DNA of 58,367 nt from Acidimicrobiales bacterium (GTDB lineage Bacteria; Actinomycetota; Acidimicrobiia; Acidimicrobiales; SZUA-35). The notes under the pieces were generated by a model that ran no database searches, was not told the DNA's origin, and saw only the letters and a list, made by a program, of their open reading frames with translations. The stretch spans positions 1 to 58,367 of the forward strand of contig JAHEJO010000003.1 of assembly GCA_024638805.1 (NCBI GenBank). Direction: 5' to 3'. Shown piece after piece: positions 47,119 through 57,523 of this stretch (the stretch's first letter is position 1; every line of letters begins with the position of its first letter). The translations under genes were made by a program, and so were the position numbers.

Positions 47119-49482
47119 TCACACAGCGCCGTAGCTTGTGGTGCGCTGGACCAGGGTTCTCCCCAACGGTTCGACCAGCGCCGCGAAATCGTCAGCACCA
47201 AGGTGTTGGCCGTGGGCGGCACCGGCCGCGCGACTGATGTTCTCGTTCATCAGTGTTCCGCCGAGATCGTTGCATCCCGCCTGCAACATCTGCCGCACCC
47301 CGTCGAGGCCGATCTTCACCCAGCTCGCCTGGATATTGCTGATCGAGCGGCCGTAGGCCAGCCGAGCGATGGCGTGGACGAGCAACGCTTCGCGGAACGT
47401 CGGCCCCCGCCTTGACATCTTCTTCAGGTACAACGGCGCCGCCATATGGACGTACGGCAGGCCCACGAACTCGGTGAAACCTCCTGTTTCCTCCTGCAGA
47501 TCGCGAGTTAGCAACAGATGCCTGACCCAACTCGCCGGCTGCTCCACGGCACCGAACATCATCGTGACGTTGCTGTGCAAACCGACCTTGTGTGCTGTGC
47601 GGTGCGCCTCCAACCACTCCTCGGTGTCGATCTTGTCCGGACATAGGATCGCCCGCACCGAATCGTCGAGAATCTCCGCAGCTGTACCGGGTAGCGATCG
47701 TTGGCCGGCCTCCTTCAGACGTGTCAGATAACTGTCGAGCGGTTCGTTCAGGCGCCGGGCTCCCTCGGTGATCTCCAGAGCCGTGAAGCCATGAATGTGG
47801 ATGTCCGGGGCGACCTCTCGTACCGCCTTGGTCACGTCGATGTAGTAGTTGCCGTCGAAGTCCGGGTGGATACCGCCCTGGAGACAAACCTCGGTCGCCC
47901 CCGACTCGACGGCTTCCAACACCCGTTCTTGCATCTGCTCGAGGGTGAGGAGGTACGGGGACCCGCGGAGATTGAGGCTAAGCGGGCCTTTGGAGAAACC
48001 GCAGAACCGGCATTTGAACGTGCACACGTTGGTGTAGTTGATGTTGCGGTTCTTGACGAATGTCACCGCATCGCCCACGAGCTGGTGGCGAAGCCGATCA
48101 GCGGCGCGAGCGACGGCTGCAACCTCGGGTCCCCGGGCGCTCATCAGGGTCAGGAGTTCGTCGAACCCCGGTTTGTCGCCATCGTCGATACCTTCGAGCA
48201 CGTCGGTCACCGGACCGTTCGGATCGGGGCCGTCGCCGACGAGATCCGGCGGTGTGTTGGGACTGCCGCTGTACCACTGCGTCGAGCGTTCGCCGGTCAG
48301 GATGACCTCGACGCCGTCCGTGTCGGTTCCCTCGGTGATGAACTCCGACTTCTCGGGGAAGAGGGCGCCGGGGTCGTCACGCCCCAGACCTTCGGCGTCA
48401 GACCTGTCCATCACTGCGAATCGGAGTTTCGGATGCAACCAGCGTTCGGGTTCCAGAGCGAACTCGGGGTACACCGTCAGACGGGGGGCGAGGACCGAGC
48501 CCGCATCTTCGGTCACCTCACGCAACTTCGTCAGCGACGGCCATGGGCGCTCGGGGTTGACGTGATCAGCGGTGATCGGTGAAACGCCGCCCCAGTCGTC
48601 GATGCCGGCTCCGAGGAGGGGGCCGAAGTCATCGCTCAGGTTGGGCGGAGCCTGCAGGTGCACATCGGCGGGCAGGATGATTCGTGCCATGGCGATCGCG
48701 CGGAGGAATCCTTCGGACGGGCAGGCGGCGTGTTTCCACATGCTGGTGCCCGGTTTGGGGATGAAGTTCTGGACGATGACTTCCTGAATGTGCCCGTGGC
48801 GTCGGTGGATCGACGCGATGGCCTCGAGTGCGACGATGCGGTCGAGTTCGTTCTCGCCGATCCCGACGAGGATGCCGGTCGTGAACGGTATCGACAGCTC
48901 CCCGGCCGAGTCGAGCGTGGCCAGTCGTCTGGCCGGGTCCTTGTCAGGGGCGTGGTGATGGGCTCTGAGGTCGGCTCGAAGCGACTCGAGCATCATCCCC
49001 TGGCCGGGTGCGACCGGACGGAGCAGGTGCAGCTCGTCTGACGACAGAGCCCCGGCGTTGGCATGGGGCAGGAGACCTGTCACTTCGATGACCATTTCCG
49101 CCATTGCGGCCAGGTAGTGGATCGTGGACTCGTATCCGTTTCGGTCGAGCCAGTCCCGGGCGGCCGGGTAGCGAAGCTCGGGCCGCTCGCCGAGGGTGAA
49201 CAGCGCTTCGTGGCAGCCCGCCCGCGCCCCCTGCCTGGCGATGGCCAGGACCTCCGCTGGAGAGAGATAGGGGTGTTCGAGTCGTGCCGGCGGTTGGGCG
49301 AAGGTGCAGTACCCACATTGGTCCCGGCACAGTTTGGTGAGCGGGATGAAGACCTTGGGCGAGAATGTGATCCTGGTGCCGTGGGCAACGTCGCGGATGT
49401 GGGCGGCCTCGGCCAGCAGGTCGGCCGTACTCGTGTCGGACAGTCTGGCGCTGTCGGTCATCTGGTCGGTAGCTGCGGTCAT
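47119..49482 (-). CDS. fbiC: Bifunctional FO synthase (CofG-CofH fusion)
   Basis: Two radical-SAM motifs, CRDQCGYC and CTFKCRFC; QAPPNL, DDWGGVSP, PGTAAEIL, NDLGGTLM. ATG 49482 overlaps the hxlR stop. Confidence 0.95.
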   Translation of the reverse strand: MTAATDQMTDSARLSDTSTADLLAEAAHIRDVAHGTRITFSPKVFIPLTKLCRDQCGYCTFAQPPARLEHPYLSPAEVLAIARQGARAGCHEALFTLGERPELRYPAARDWLDRNGYESTIHYLAAMAEMVIEVTGLLPHANAGALSSDELHLLRPVAPGQGMMLESLRADLRAHHHAPDKDPARRLATLDSAGELSIPFTTGILVGIGENELDRIVALEAIASIHRRHGHIQEVIVQNFIPKPGTSMWKHAACPSEGFLRAIAMARIILPADVHLQAPPNLSDDFGPLLGAGIDDWGGVSPITADHVNPERPWPSLTKLREVTEDAGSVLAPRLTVYPEFALEPERWLHPKLRFAVMDRSDAEGLGRDDPGALFPEKSEFITEGTDTDGVEVILTGERSTQWYSGSPNTPPDLVGDGPDPNGPVTDVLEGIDDGDKPGFDELLTLMSARGPEVAAVARAADRLRHQLVGDAVTFVKNRNINYTNVCTFKCRFCGFSKGPLSLNLRGSPYLLTLEQMQERVLEAVESGATEVCLQGGIHPDFDGNYYIDVTKAVREVAPDIHIHGFTALEITEGARRLNEPLDSYLTRLKEAGQRSLPGTAAEILDDSVRAILCPDKIDTEEWLEAHRTAHKVGLHSNVTMMFGAVEQPASWVRHLLLTRDLQEETGGFTEFVGLPYVHMAAPLYLKKMSRRGPTFREALLVHAIARLAYGRSISNIQASWVKIGLDGVRQMLQAGCNDLGGTLMNENISRAAGAAHGQHLGADDFAALVEPLGRTLVQRTTSYGAV

Positions 49483-49946
49483 CGCCGGCGAACGAGCTGC
49501 TGATCCGGCGAGGCGCTGCGGATGTGGCCCGGACTCACCTCGGCGTCGCAATCGGAGCAACTGACTCGCAGGTCCAGGGGCGTGCCGCAGTCTCGATGCA
49601 CGAGAATGGTTGGCGGGCGGTCGTCGGCATACCAGCGGTCGCCCCATTTCATGAGGGCGATCAACGACGCGGAGAGGTCGGCTCCTTTCGAGGTCAACCG
49701 GTACTCGAAGCGGGTCGGCCGCTCCTGATACTGCACCTTGTTCAGTACACCTGCGTCCACCATATGGGTCAGCCGATCCGACAGCAGATTTCTGGCGACG
49801 CCGAGTTCGTTGTGGATCTCGCTGAATCGGTGTCGTCCGCGAAAGACCTCACGCAGGATCAGGATTGTCCACCGGTCTCCGATCACGTCGACCGTTGCCG
49901 CGATCGAGCAGGCCGCTGCGTCGTCTTCTCGATCGGTCACCTCCAC
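49479..49946 (-). CDS. HxlR-family winged-helix regulator
   Basis: CSIA, GDRWTILILRE, RFEYRLTSKG, WGD. Alternative start GTG 49940. Confidence 0.93.
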   Translation of the reverse strand: MEVTDREDDAAACSIAATVDVIGDRWTILILREVFRGRHRFSEIHNELGVARNLLSDRLTHMVDAGVLNKVQYQERPTRFEYRLTSKGADLSASLIALMKWGDRWYADDRPPTILVHRDCGTPLDLRVSCSDCDAEVSPGHIRSASPDQQLVRRR

Positions 49947-49979
49947 ACCGTAGTCGGTAGCAAAGGTAAACCAACGGTC

Positions 49980-50594
49980 TCAGCGAGCGCTGTGGATCCT
50001 CCAATGGGCCGGCCATGTGTGGGGGTCCGCCAACGGAACGGCCCAGTCACCGGCCGGCGCCCCGAGGTCGATGTGGTGGTCGCCCAGGACATCGGTGAAG
50101 ACTCCGGCATCGAGACGGTGATGGTCGGTTTCCCATGAGATCACTCCGGCGCGCTCCAGGCACTCGGTCAGAAGATCGAGGAGCCCTGAGACGCCGATCG
50201 TCCAGAGGTGCAACTCCGGGTCGTTGAACGAGCCGTGATACACGCGAGATCCGGGGTGCTCGTCGGATTGCAGTTCCATCCAGACGAGGCCTCTGCCGTA
50301 GGCGGCAAATGGGATCAGCGATGTCGGATACCCGATGCCGAGAAGCTTTTCCCGCCGGGCCAGCGCGTCCTCCGGGCTGAAGAAGCCGTCGAGGGCGGGT
50401 TGCCGAAAGTCTCCGGCGTCCCACCAGGTCCAGAAGGCTCGTAGTTCGTCGGGGAGCGACAGCGGTGAGAGCACGTCGTTCAGCGCTGCGACCGCTGCGA
50501 TCGACTTGCGCAGAGACGCCACCGGTTCACACGTGACCCCATGCGGAGCAACGGCCAGCGCGAAGCGCGATGCGGCCGCTTCCAGCAGAATCAC
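49980..50594 (-). CDS. Hypothetical protein, SMI1/KNR4 (SUKH)-like
   Basis: LPDELRAFW..WD, FFSPEDAL, LIPFA, GSRVY, GVSGLLDLL pattern. Confidence 0.65.
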   Translation of the reverse strand: MILLEAAASRFALAVAPHGVTCEPVASLRKSIAAVAALNDVLSPLSLPDELRAFWTWWDAGDFRQPALDGFFSPEDALARREKLLGIGYPTSLIPFAAYGRGLVWMELQSDEHPGSRVYHGSFNDPELHLWTIGVSGLLDLLTECLERAGVISWETDHHRLDAGVFTDVLGDHHIDLGAPAGDWAVPLADPHTWPAHWRIHSAR

Positions 50595-50900
50595 CGTTCA
50601 TACCCCACGATGCTCGAAGGTATGGACAGGGCGTCATCTGTGGAATAGGCAGATGCGCCCCGGTCGCCGGGCGGAGAGGGTCGGCCCGGATTTTCCAGAT
50701 GGTCCGGTCGTCGGTGTCCACCGCGTCAAAGGCGTTGCGGTCATGCAGCACCCCACGTTCGTGGAGGTCGAGCAGGGGGCAGCCGTCGTCGGCCACGTCG
50801 GGAGCGCGTGCGTATGGCGGCGTGAGGGATCTGGCTGATCGATGGCCCGACGAAGGTTGGACGATTCGAGTGCTGGGATCTACGGACGGTCGCGTGCGGC

Positions 50901-52007
50901 TCAGTCGACCTGATCGGCACGGGTGCCGAGTGTCTCGAGGACCTCGTCGAAGCTCTTGGCGAAGCCGCCCACGCCTTCGGCCTCGAGCTTGACAGCCACC
51001 TCGGCGAGGTCGATGCCCACCTCGGCGAGGTCGATCATCGTTTGTTCGGCTGCTGCCGGGTCGGCGTCGATCGTTCGTGCCACGGTGCCGTGGTCGGCGA
51101 AGGCGGCCAGTGTCGAGTCCGGCAGCGTGTTGACGGTGTTCGGACCGATGAGCGTGTCGACGTACAACGTGTCGGGGTAATCGGGGTTCTTGGTCGAGGT
51201 GCTCGCCCAGAGCGGTCGCTGCAGCCGGGCCCCTCGAGCTGCGAGCGACTCCCACCGAGGCCCTGTGAACGTGTTGGCGAATCGCTGATAGGCGATGTGT
51301 GCGTTGGCGATCGCCGCCCTTCCTCGGAGTCCGAGTGCGGCCGCGGTGCCTATCTCCTCGAGGCGACGGTCGATTTCGACGTCAACCCGGGAGACGAAGA
51401 ACGATGCCACAGAAGAAATGGACGCGAGCTCGGCGTCGGGGTGCGCGGCGGCATGGTCTTCGAGACCGCTGATGTAGGCCTCCATGACGTCGGCGTAGCG
51501 CGCAAGACCGAAGATGAGTGTGACGTTGACGCTGATCCCTTCGCCGATCAGAGTCCGGATGGCGGGAATGCCCTCGACCGTGGCGGGCACCTTGATGTAC
51601 AGATTCGGCGACTGGATACGGCCGGCGAGTTCGCGAGCCGCCTCAATCGTCTTCTGAGTGTCATGAGCAAGTGTGGGTGACACTTCGACCGACACATACC
51701 CGTCCTCACCTCCGCTCGACTGAAACACCGGGCGCAGGAGCCGCGTTGCAGCCAGAATGTCGTGGACGACGAGATTCCAATACGCATCGAGGACCGAGCC
51801 GCCGTCGGCGACCAGGCGGCGCAGGTCGGTGTCGTATTCGTCGGTCTCGGTCATCGCCTGGGCGAAGATCGACGGGTTGCTGGTCAGTCCTCGTACTCCT
51901 CGGTCGATCCAGTCCTGCATCTGACCGTCCTCGAGCCAGCCCCGTCGCAGGTTGTCCAGCCAAGGGCTCTGCCCCTGTTCGGTGTACACGTCATGTAGTC
52001 GACCCAT
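50901..52007 (-). CDS. tal: Transaldolase
   Basis: SPWLDNL, GLTSNPSIF, IKVPAT, NVTLIF, SFFVSRVD, LWASTSTK. Confidence 0.97.
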   Translation of the reverse strand: MGRLHDVYTEQGQSPWLDNLRRGWLEDGQMQDWIDRGVRGLTSNPSIFAQAMTETDEYDTDLRRLVADGGSVLDAYWNLVVHDILAATRLLRPVFQSSGGEDGYVSVEVSPTLAHDTQKTIEAARELAGRIQSPNLYIKVPATVEGIPAIRTLIGEGISVNVTLIFGLARYADVMEAYISGLEDHAAAHPDAELASISSVASFFVSRVDVEIDRRLEEIGTAAALGLRGRAAIANAHIAYQRFANTFTGPRWESLAARGARLQRPLWASTSTKNPDYPDTLYVDTLIGPNTVNTLPDSTLAAFADHGTVARTIDADPAAAEQTMIDLAEVGIDLAEVAVKLEAEGVGGFAKSFDEVLETLGTRADQVD

Positions 52008-52111
52008 GGGCCGAGGTTACCCATCCACGAGGCCAACCGATCTGGGCCGTTCGAACGGGCCAACTCCTGGATTCGGGGTCGTTCCCGACAACGGGTGGCT
52101 AGTCTCACACC

Positions 52112-54091
52112 GTGACCCGGACCCAGACTTCGCCCGAACTCGAGCGCCTCGCCATCGACGTCATTCGTGGCATCGCCATGGACGGCCCGGCGGCGGCGAA
52201 CTCCGGTCATCAGGGCACAGCGATGGCCTTGGCGCCGTTGGCCCACGTCCTGTGGAGCAGGGTGCTCAAGTACGATCCGGAACGTCCGGACTGGCCCGAC
52301 CGTGACCGCTTCATCCTGTCCAACGGCCACACCTCGATCCTCCAATACGCCATGCTCCACCTCACCGGCTACGACCTGACCGTGGAGGACTTGAAGGCGT
52401 TTCGTCAATGGGATTCGCGGACACCCGGGCATCCCGAGGCAGGCCATACGAATGGCGTGGAGGTGACGACCGGTCCGCTGGGTCAGGGGTTCGCGAACGC
52501 CGTCGGAATGGCCGTGGCGGAGAGATTCCTCCGGTCGACCTTCGGAGCCGACGTGATCGACCACCACACCTACGTGGTGCTGGGCGATGGGTGCATGTCG
52601 GAGGGTCTGAGTCATGAGGCGGCCAGTTTCGCCGGCCACCAGGCCCTGGGCCACCTCATCGCCATCTATGACAACAACCACATCACGATCGATGGGAGGA
52701 CTGAACTCGCCCTGTCCGACGATGCGCCGCAACGGTTCCGATCCTACGGCTGGCACGTGGTCGACATCGGTGAAGCTGCAGAGAACCTGGGAGCGATCGA
52801 GGCTGCGTTCGGCGCGGCCAGAGCCGAGATCGACCGACCCTCCCTGGTCATCGTGCGGAGTCACATCGGCTATCCCTCACCGACCCTGACCGACGACCAC
52901 GCCGCCCACGGCCTCGCATTCGGGGCGGAGGAGATCCGAGCCGCCAAAGAGGTGATGGGCCTACCCGACGTACCGTTCTTCATACCCGACGAGGTGCGCA
53001 GCTATTACCGGTCGATCGGCGCCGTCGGCGCCACCCGATCGGCGGAGTGGGACCAGCGGCTGGCCGAGGCCGATCTCGATCGCTACGCCTGGAATGCGTG
53101 CTGGGCCCGAACCGGGCTCGAGGGCTGGCGTTCGGATCTGCCCACCTTCGAGGTCGGCACTTCGGTGGCCACGCGCAAGGCTTCGCAGGCCGTCGTGGAC
53201 GCCATCGCCCCGGGATTGCCCGGGCTGATCGGCGGAGCGGCCGATCTCACCGGTAACACGGGCACCGAACTGACCGGTCTGGGCGTGCAGAGCAAGGCCG
53301 ATCCGGGCGGGCGCCAGATCTACTTCGGTGTGCGCGAACACGCGATGGGTGCGGCGCTGGTGGGCATGGCCCGGCATGGTGGCGTGGTCCCGTTCGGTGG
53401 AACATTCGAGGTCTTCGCCGACTACATGCGACCCTCCATCCGGCTCGCGGCGTTGAGCAAGGCCAGGTGTGTTTTCGTGTTCAGTCACGATTCGGTCGGC
53501 GTCGGCGAGGACGGCCCCACGCACCAGCCGGTCGAGCAGACGATGAGCCTGAGGCTGATCCCAGGGCTGACGGTCATCCGGCCGGGCGATGCCAGCGAGT
53601 CCATCGGAGCGTGGCTGTGCGCCATCGACGGCGACGGGCCGACGGCTCTGGTGTTCTCGAGGCAGGGTATGCCCGTGCTCGGTTCCACGTCGGCCGACGC
53701 GGTTGCCAGGGGCGCCTATGCCCTCGACCAGGTCGATGACCCCGCCGGTATCGTGATTGGGACCGGCAGCGAACTCGCGGTCGCCGTCGCTGCGGCCGAG
53801 CAGCTCGCCGCCGAGGGCATCGCTGTGCGCGTCGTGTCCATGCCTTCATGGGAACTGTTCGAAGCCCAGGACGCCGACTACCGCACCTCGATCCTGCCCG
53901 AAGGAGTGCCGACGGTCTCGGTGGAGGCGGGGGTCACGCTGGGCTGGGATCGGTGGGCAGATGCGGCTGTCGGCATCGACCGGTTCGGCGCCTCAGCCCC
54001 CGGGAACACAACGTTGCGGGAATTGGGCATCACAACCGGGGCTGTCGCGGATGCGCTCAAGGCCCGACTCGGCGGCGTCACCGGCGGGTGA
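52112..54091 (+). CDS. tkt: Transketolase
   Basis: SGH, RDRFILSNGH, GPLGQG, GDGCMSEG, FGVREHAM, GEDGPTHQP, VSMPS. Confidence 0.97.
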   Translation: MTRTQTSPELERLAIDVIRGIAMDGPAAANSGHQGTAMALAPLAHVLWSRVLKYDPERPDWPDRDRFILSNGHTSILQYAMLHLTGYDLTVEDLKAFRQWDSRTPGHPEAGHTNGVEVTTGPLGQGFANAVGMAVAERFLRSTFGADVIDHHTYVVLGDGCMSEGLSHEAASFAGHQALGHLIAIYDNNHITIDGRTELALSDDAPQRFRSYGWHVVDIGEAAENLGAIEAAFGAARAEIDRPSLVIVRSHIGYPSPTLTDDHAAHGLAFGAEEIRAAKEVMGLPDVPFFIPDEVRSYYRSIGAVGATRSAEWDQRLAEADLDRYAWNACWARTGLEGWRSDLPTFEVGTSVATRKASQAVVDAIAPGLPGLIGGAADLTGNTGTELTGLGVQSKADPGGRQIYFGVREHAMGAALVGMARHGGVVPFGGTFEVFADYMRPSIRLAALSKARCVFVFSHDSVGVGEDGPTHQPVEQTMSLRLIPGLTVIRPGDASESIGAWLCAIDGDGPTALVFSRQGMPVLGSTSADAVARGAYALDQVDDPAGIVIGTGSELAVAVAAAEQLAAEGIAVRVVSMPSWELFEAQDADYRTSILPEGVPTVSVEAGVTLGWDRWADAAVGIDRFGASAPGNTTLRELGITTGAVADALKARLGGVTGG

Positions 54092-54116
54092 GCACTGGCG
54101 CCCCGTGCTGGCGGCG

Positions 54117-54509
54117 CTATTCGACGGGTGGGAGCAGGGTGTAGGGGACGCGAGAGACCGCCCCGGCGTCGATGCGGCACTCGGCGATCACGGTGTCGTA
54201 GCTGTCGAATGGGATCTCCGCTCGAACGAGCCGGTAATTGAACTTGCCTGGCTCGATCTGCAACGGCTGCACATTCCGGGCGACCGGCTCCTCGACACCT
54301 TGACGCCTGAACACGACCTCGAGTGCTCCGAATCCCTGCTCCTCCGGTGGGCACCAGACGAGGACCATCAGATGAGGTCCGACGGTGACCGGTACCGGCC
54401 CCGGGGCGGGGGCCGAGAACTGGATGCCGGTGAGATCGATCCGAGTGGCGGGTCCCGGCACAGGTCGGAGCTGGATGTCGTCGGCGAAGACCGCAGCAAT
54501 GATGTCCAC
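54117..54509 (-). CDS. Hypothetical beta-rich protein
   Basis: 130-aa ORF, purine-rich SD-like run upstream, co-directional with the metZ operon. Confidence 0.7.
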   Translation of the reverse strand: MDIIAAVFADDIQLRPVPGPATRIDLTGIQFSAPAPGPVPVTVGPHLMVLVWCPPEEQGFGALEVVFRRQGVEEPVARNVQPLQIEPGKFNYRLVRAEIPFDSYDTVIAECRIDAGAVSRVPYTLLPPVE

Positions 54510-54523
54510 GAGAGGCTTCCCTT

Positions 54524-54712
54524 TCAGGGCAGGACGACGGCCTGGCAGACCACCGTATGACCGCCGGAGGACGTCATGGAGGGAGAGCCGTACAGCACGT
54601 AGCCATCGCTGAGCGCAGCGCTCACGCGTTGGCAGAACTCGTGGGTGTCGCTCCCCGTCAGCAGCCGATAGGCGAGTCGTTCCACGTCATCGGTGCCGGC
54701 CGAATCGGTCAT
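54524..54712 (-). CDS. DUF1737 domain protein
   Basis: YRLLTG, FCQRVSAAL..GY.LYGSP, CQAV. ATGA overlap with metZ. Confidence 0.88.
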   Translation of the reverse strand: MTDSAGTDDVERLAYRLLTGSDTHEFCQRVSAALSDGYVLYGSPSMTSSGGHTVVCQAVVLP

Positions 54713-55935
54713 GGTCCTGACGCTACCCGGTCGAGCGCCTGATGGACATCGGCCAGCAGATCATCGGGATCCTCGAGTCCGACCGACAGCCGAATCATCC
54801 CATCGGTGATCCCCACCAGAGCCCGCGCCTCCGGTGTAAGACGACGGTGGGTGGTGGTCGCCGGATGGGTGACGAGACTCTTGGAGTCGCCGACGTTGTT
54901 CGATATGTCCCACAGCCCTAGGGCGTCCATGACTGCGAACGCGCTCTGCTTGGCACGATCGGCCGGCGCGTCCACCGTCAGCGTGAGAATCGTGCCGCCG
55001 GCCTTCATCTGTCGTTTGGCCAGGTCGAATTGCGGATGTGAGGGATGCCCTGGATAGCGCACCGAGCGCAGCTTCGGGTGGCCGATCAGGTTGTTGGTGA
55101 GGTGGACCGCACCGGCGCTCATCGAGTCGACCCGCAATCGAAGCGTCTCGAGACCCTTCACCAGCACCCATGCATTGAAAGGACTGAGGCTGGGTCCGGT
55201 GTGGCGCAGGAAGGGCATCAACCGGTTGTCGACATAGTCCTGGCTGGACAGAACCGCCCCGCCCAGGGTTCGACCCTGGCCATCGATGTGTTTGGTCGCC
55301 GAGTAGACGACCACGTCGGCGCCGAACTCGAGGGGTTTCTGGAGAACCGGGGTGGCGAAGACGTTGTCGACGATGACGAGTGCCCCTGCTGCGTGGGCCA
55401 TCTCGGCGACCGCTGCGAGATCGATGACCTCCAAACCGGGGTTCGATGGCGACTCGACGAAGACGGCTTTGGCACCCGGCGACAGGGCCTTCTCCCAGTC
55501 TTCGGGTGAAGTACCGTCGACGAGTTCGGTCGTTATGCCGAGCCGGGGCAGGATCTCGGTGAGGATGACGTGGCAGGATCCGAAAAGCGCCCGAGAGCCG
55601 ACGACCCGGTCGCCGGCGCTCAACATCGACGCCAGGGAGGCGAACACCGCCGCCATTCCGCTGGCGGTGGCCATACACGCCTCCGCACCCTCCAGAATTC
55701 GTAGTCGCTCCTCGAACATCCGCACCGTCGGATTGCCGTATCGTGAGTAGACGAACCGTTCGTGCTCACCTTTGAAGGCGGCTTCGGCCTCGGCTGCGGA
55801 GCCGTACACGTAGCCGGAGGTCAGATACATCGCCTCAGCGGTCTCGTCGAATCCGGAACGGCTGAGCCCGCCCCGGACGAGCTGGGTTGCCTCCGACCAG
55901 TCGTGGGGCATGGCAGCGACTAACTCTGACGCCAT
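54709..55935 (-). CDS. metZ: O-succinylhomoserine sulfhydrylase
   Basis: YSRYGNPT, SGMAA, ESPSNP, DNVFATP, PLP-Lys YSATKHIDGQGR, HPATTTH, RLSVGLE. Confidence 0.93.
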   Translation of the reverse strand: MASELVAAMPHDWSEATQLVRGGLSRSGFDETAEAMYLTSGYVYGSAAEAEAAFKGEHERFVYSRYGNPTVRMFEERLRILEGAEACMATASGMAAVFASLASMLSAGDRVVGSRALFGSCHVILTEILPRLGITTELVDGTSPEDWEKALSPGAKAVFVESPSNPGLEVIDLAAVAEMAHAAGALVIVDNVFATPVLQKPLEFGADVVVYSATKHIDGQGRTLGGAVLSSQDYVDNRLMPFLRHTGPSLSPFNAWVLVKGLETLRLRVDSMSAGAVHLTNNLIGHPKLRSVRYPGHPSHPQFDLAKRQMKAGGTILTLTVDAPADRAKQSAFAVMDALGLWDISNNVGDSKSLVTHPATTTHRRLTPEARALVGITDGMIRLSVGLEDPDDLLADVHQALDRVASGP

Positions 55936-56318
55936 GGGAGACGCTGTTTCCAGCCGCCGTGCCGGTGCCCCTCGGGCCCCAGGTCGCCTTCGAAGCCGAT
56001 ACCGATGTTGACCGTCGTATACCCCTGTTCGGCCAGGGCGGCGGCGGCAGCGTTCGATCTGGCTCCGGATCGGCACAACATCAGCAGGGTCTGGGAGCGT
56101 TCGAGCCCGGCGGTGGCGTTGGCCATGAAGTCCGGGTTGAGCTCCCCGGTGGGGAATCGGGTCCACTCGACGGTTCGCACCTGTTTGCCGATCGAGGAGA
56201 GGTCGGGGAGACCGACGAAGGTCCACTCGGGCACGGTCCGCACGTCGATCAGGACCGACTCGGGATCATCTTCGAGAAGCTCCCATGCCTCCTCCAGAGA
56301 GATCTGCGGGACAAGCAT
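55920..56318 (-). CDS. Rhodanese-like domain protein
   Basis: IDVRT..EW.FVG.P, CRSGARS, GFEG, GWK..LPW. The rhodanese-metZ pairing is known in actinobacteria. Confidence 0.92.
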   Translation of the reverse strand: MLVPQISLEEAWELLEDDPESVLIDVRTVPEWTFVGLPDLSSIGKQVRTVEWTRFPTGELNPDFMANATAGLERSQTLLMLCRSGARSNAAAAALAEQGYTTVNIGIGFEGDLGPEGHRHGGWKQRLPWRQS

Positions 56319-56379
56319 CGCAAAACCCTACCCGTGTGATCCCACATCACTCGTCGGGGCGCAGAAATCGCCGACCTCG

Positions 56380-57519
56380 TCAGAACAGCAGCATGGTGGC
56401 GGTGAATCCGTGGAGCGAATTGCGACCCCCCACCGGGCCCAGCTCGCCGGCGCAGAACATGCCGGCGGACGCCACCCCGGGGAACATCTCGTAGACCGAC
56501 CATGCATCGTGGCTCGGAGCGGAGAAGAGGTTCGTCCCCCGCCCGTTGCAGGTGAAGATCAGGGCGGCCTCGACCGGGTCTCGTGAGGTCGCACCGAGTT
56601 GATAACGCAGGTCGTCGCTGGCCGAGACTGCGTCTCGCACATGAAATTGGATGACCTGGCCGACGTCGATCCGGTCGCCGACGGCGATCGCTCCCGACGA
56701 CCGGTCTCCTCCGAGGAGACCGCGGATCAGGAAGTCGCCGCGCTCGAACCGTTCGGTCTGTTCATTCACGACGATGCCGATGTGGAGACCTTTGGCAGCC
56801 AGAGCTCGATCCTCCTGCGGCAAACCGGCCACCATCGCGTCGACGCGTTGGAGAGCTGGTTCGCCGCCGAGGGCGTTGATCATCTGCCCCGACCCATCGG
56901 TGACGACCCACGGCTGACCGATCGGGCGGCACCCCTGGCTGACCAGTGGAGTGGCAACCCCGGGGGCCAGCACGACGCCGATCGCCCCGTCCTGGTGGAC
57001 CGCATCGTTGAGCAGCAGCGTGTTGCCGCCGGGAGCACGAGCGGAAGATGCGACGCCACCGACGACGTGAACCCCGGGAGCGTCTTCGGCGAGAGCATCG
57101 AGCAGCAATTCGACCGGAAAGGAGAACGGGTCGACGAAGAGCACGACGATCGAACCCCTTGCGATCTGGTCGGGGAGTCCGAGGATCGTGTGCCCCGAGC
57201 CGATCGCCTCCATTCGGACCGGTCGAACCTCGCCCGTCCTGCCGAGCCACACGCTCAGCCCGGGGCCCTCCTCGATCTCCTCGGCGCCGCCTATTATCCC
57301 GCTGGCCGAGATGCCCAGGACGGTGCCGATCCCCAACAACCTGGTCAGCGCAGCTGCTGTGTCGGCGAGCGCGTCTGCGTGCGAACCGGCGGTGAAGACG
57401 ACCGCAAGATCCGCGGGGCCGTCCATCGACTCACCCAGATCACCGAGAACCTCGCCGGCTGCCTCGGCAGGATTCGGATGCTGGGAATGGGCGGCGAGAA
57501 ACGATGCCACGATCGTCAC
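56380..57519 (-). CDS. FIST domain protein
   Basis: GGVAS, VSQGCRPIG, FLIRG, QFHVRD, FTCNGRG, GELGP, LHGFT. Confidence 0.92.
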   Translation of the reverse strand: MTIVASFLAAHSQHPNPAEAAGEVLGDLGESMDGPADLAVVFTAGSHADALADTAAALTRLLGIGTVLGISASGIIGGAEEIEEGPGLSVWLGRTGEVRPVRMEAIGSGHTILGLPDQIARGSIVVLFVDPFSFPVELLLDALAEDAPGVHVVGGVASSARAPGGNTLLLNDAVHQDGAIGVVLAPGVATPLVSQGCRPIGQPWVVTDGSGQMINALGGEPALQRVDAMVAGLPQEDRALAAKGLHIGIVVNEQTERFERGDFLIRGLLGGDRSSGAIAVGDRIDVGQVIQFHVRDAVSASDDLRYQLGATSRDPVEAALIFTCNGRGTNLFSAPSHDAWSVYEMFPGVASAGMFCAGELGPVGGRNSLHGFTATMLLF

Positions 57520-57523
57520 ATCC

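Noticed and set aside
56319-56379. SAM riboswitch upstream of rhodanese-metZ
   Set aside because: Only about 60 nt with two small stems. TAGGGT 6 nt before the ATG indicates a leaderless transcript.
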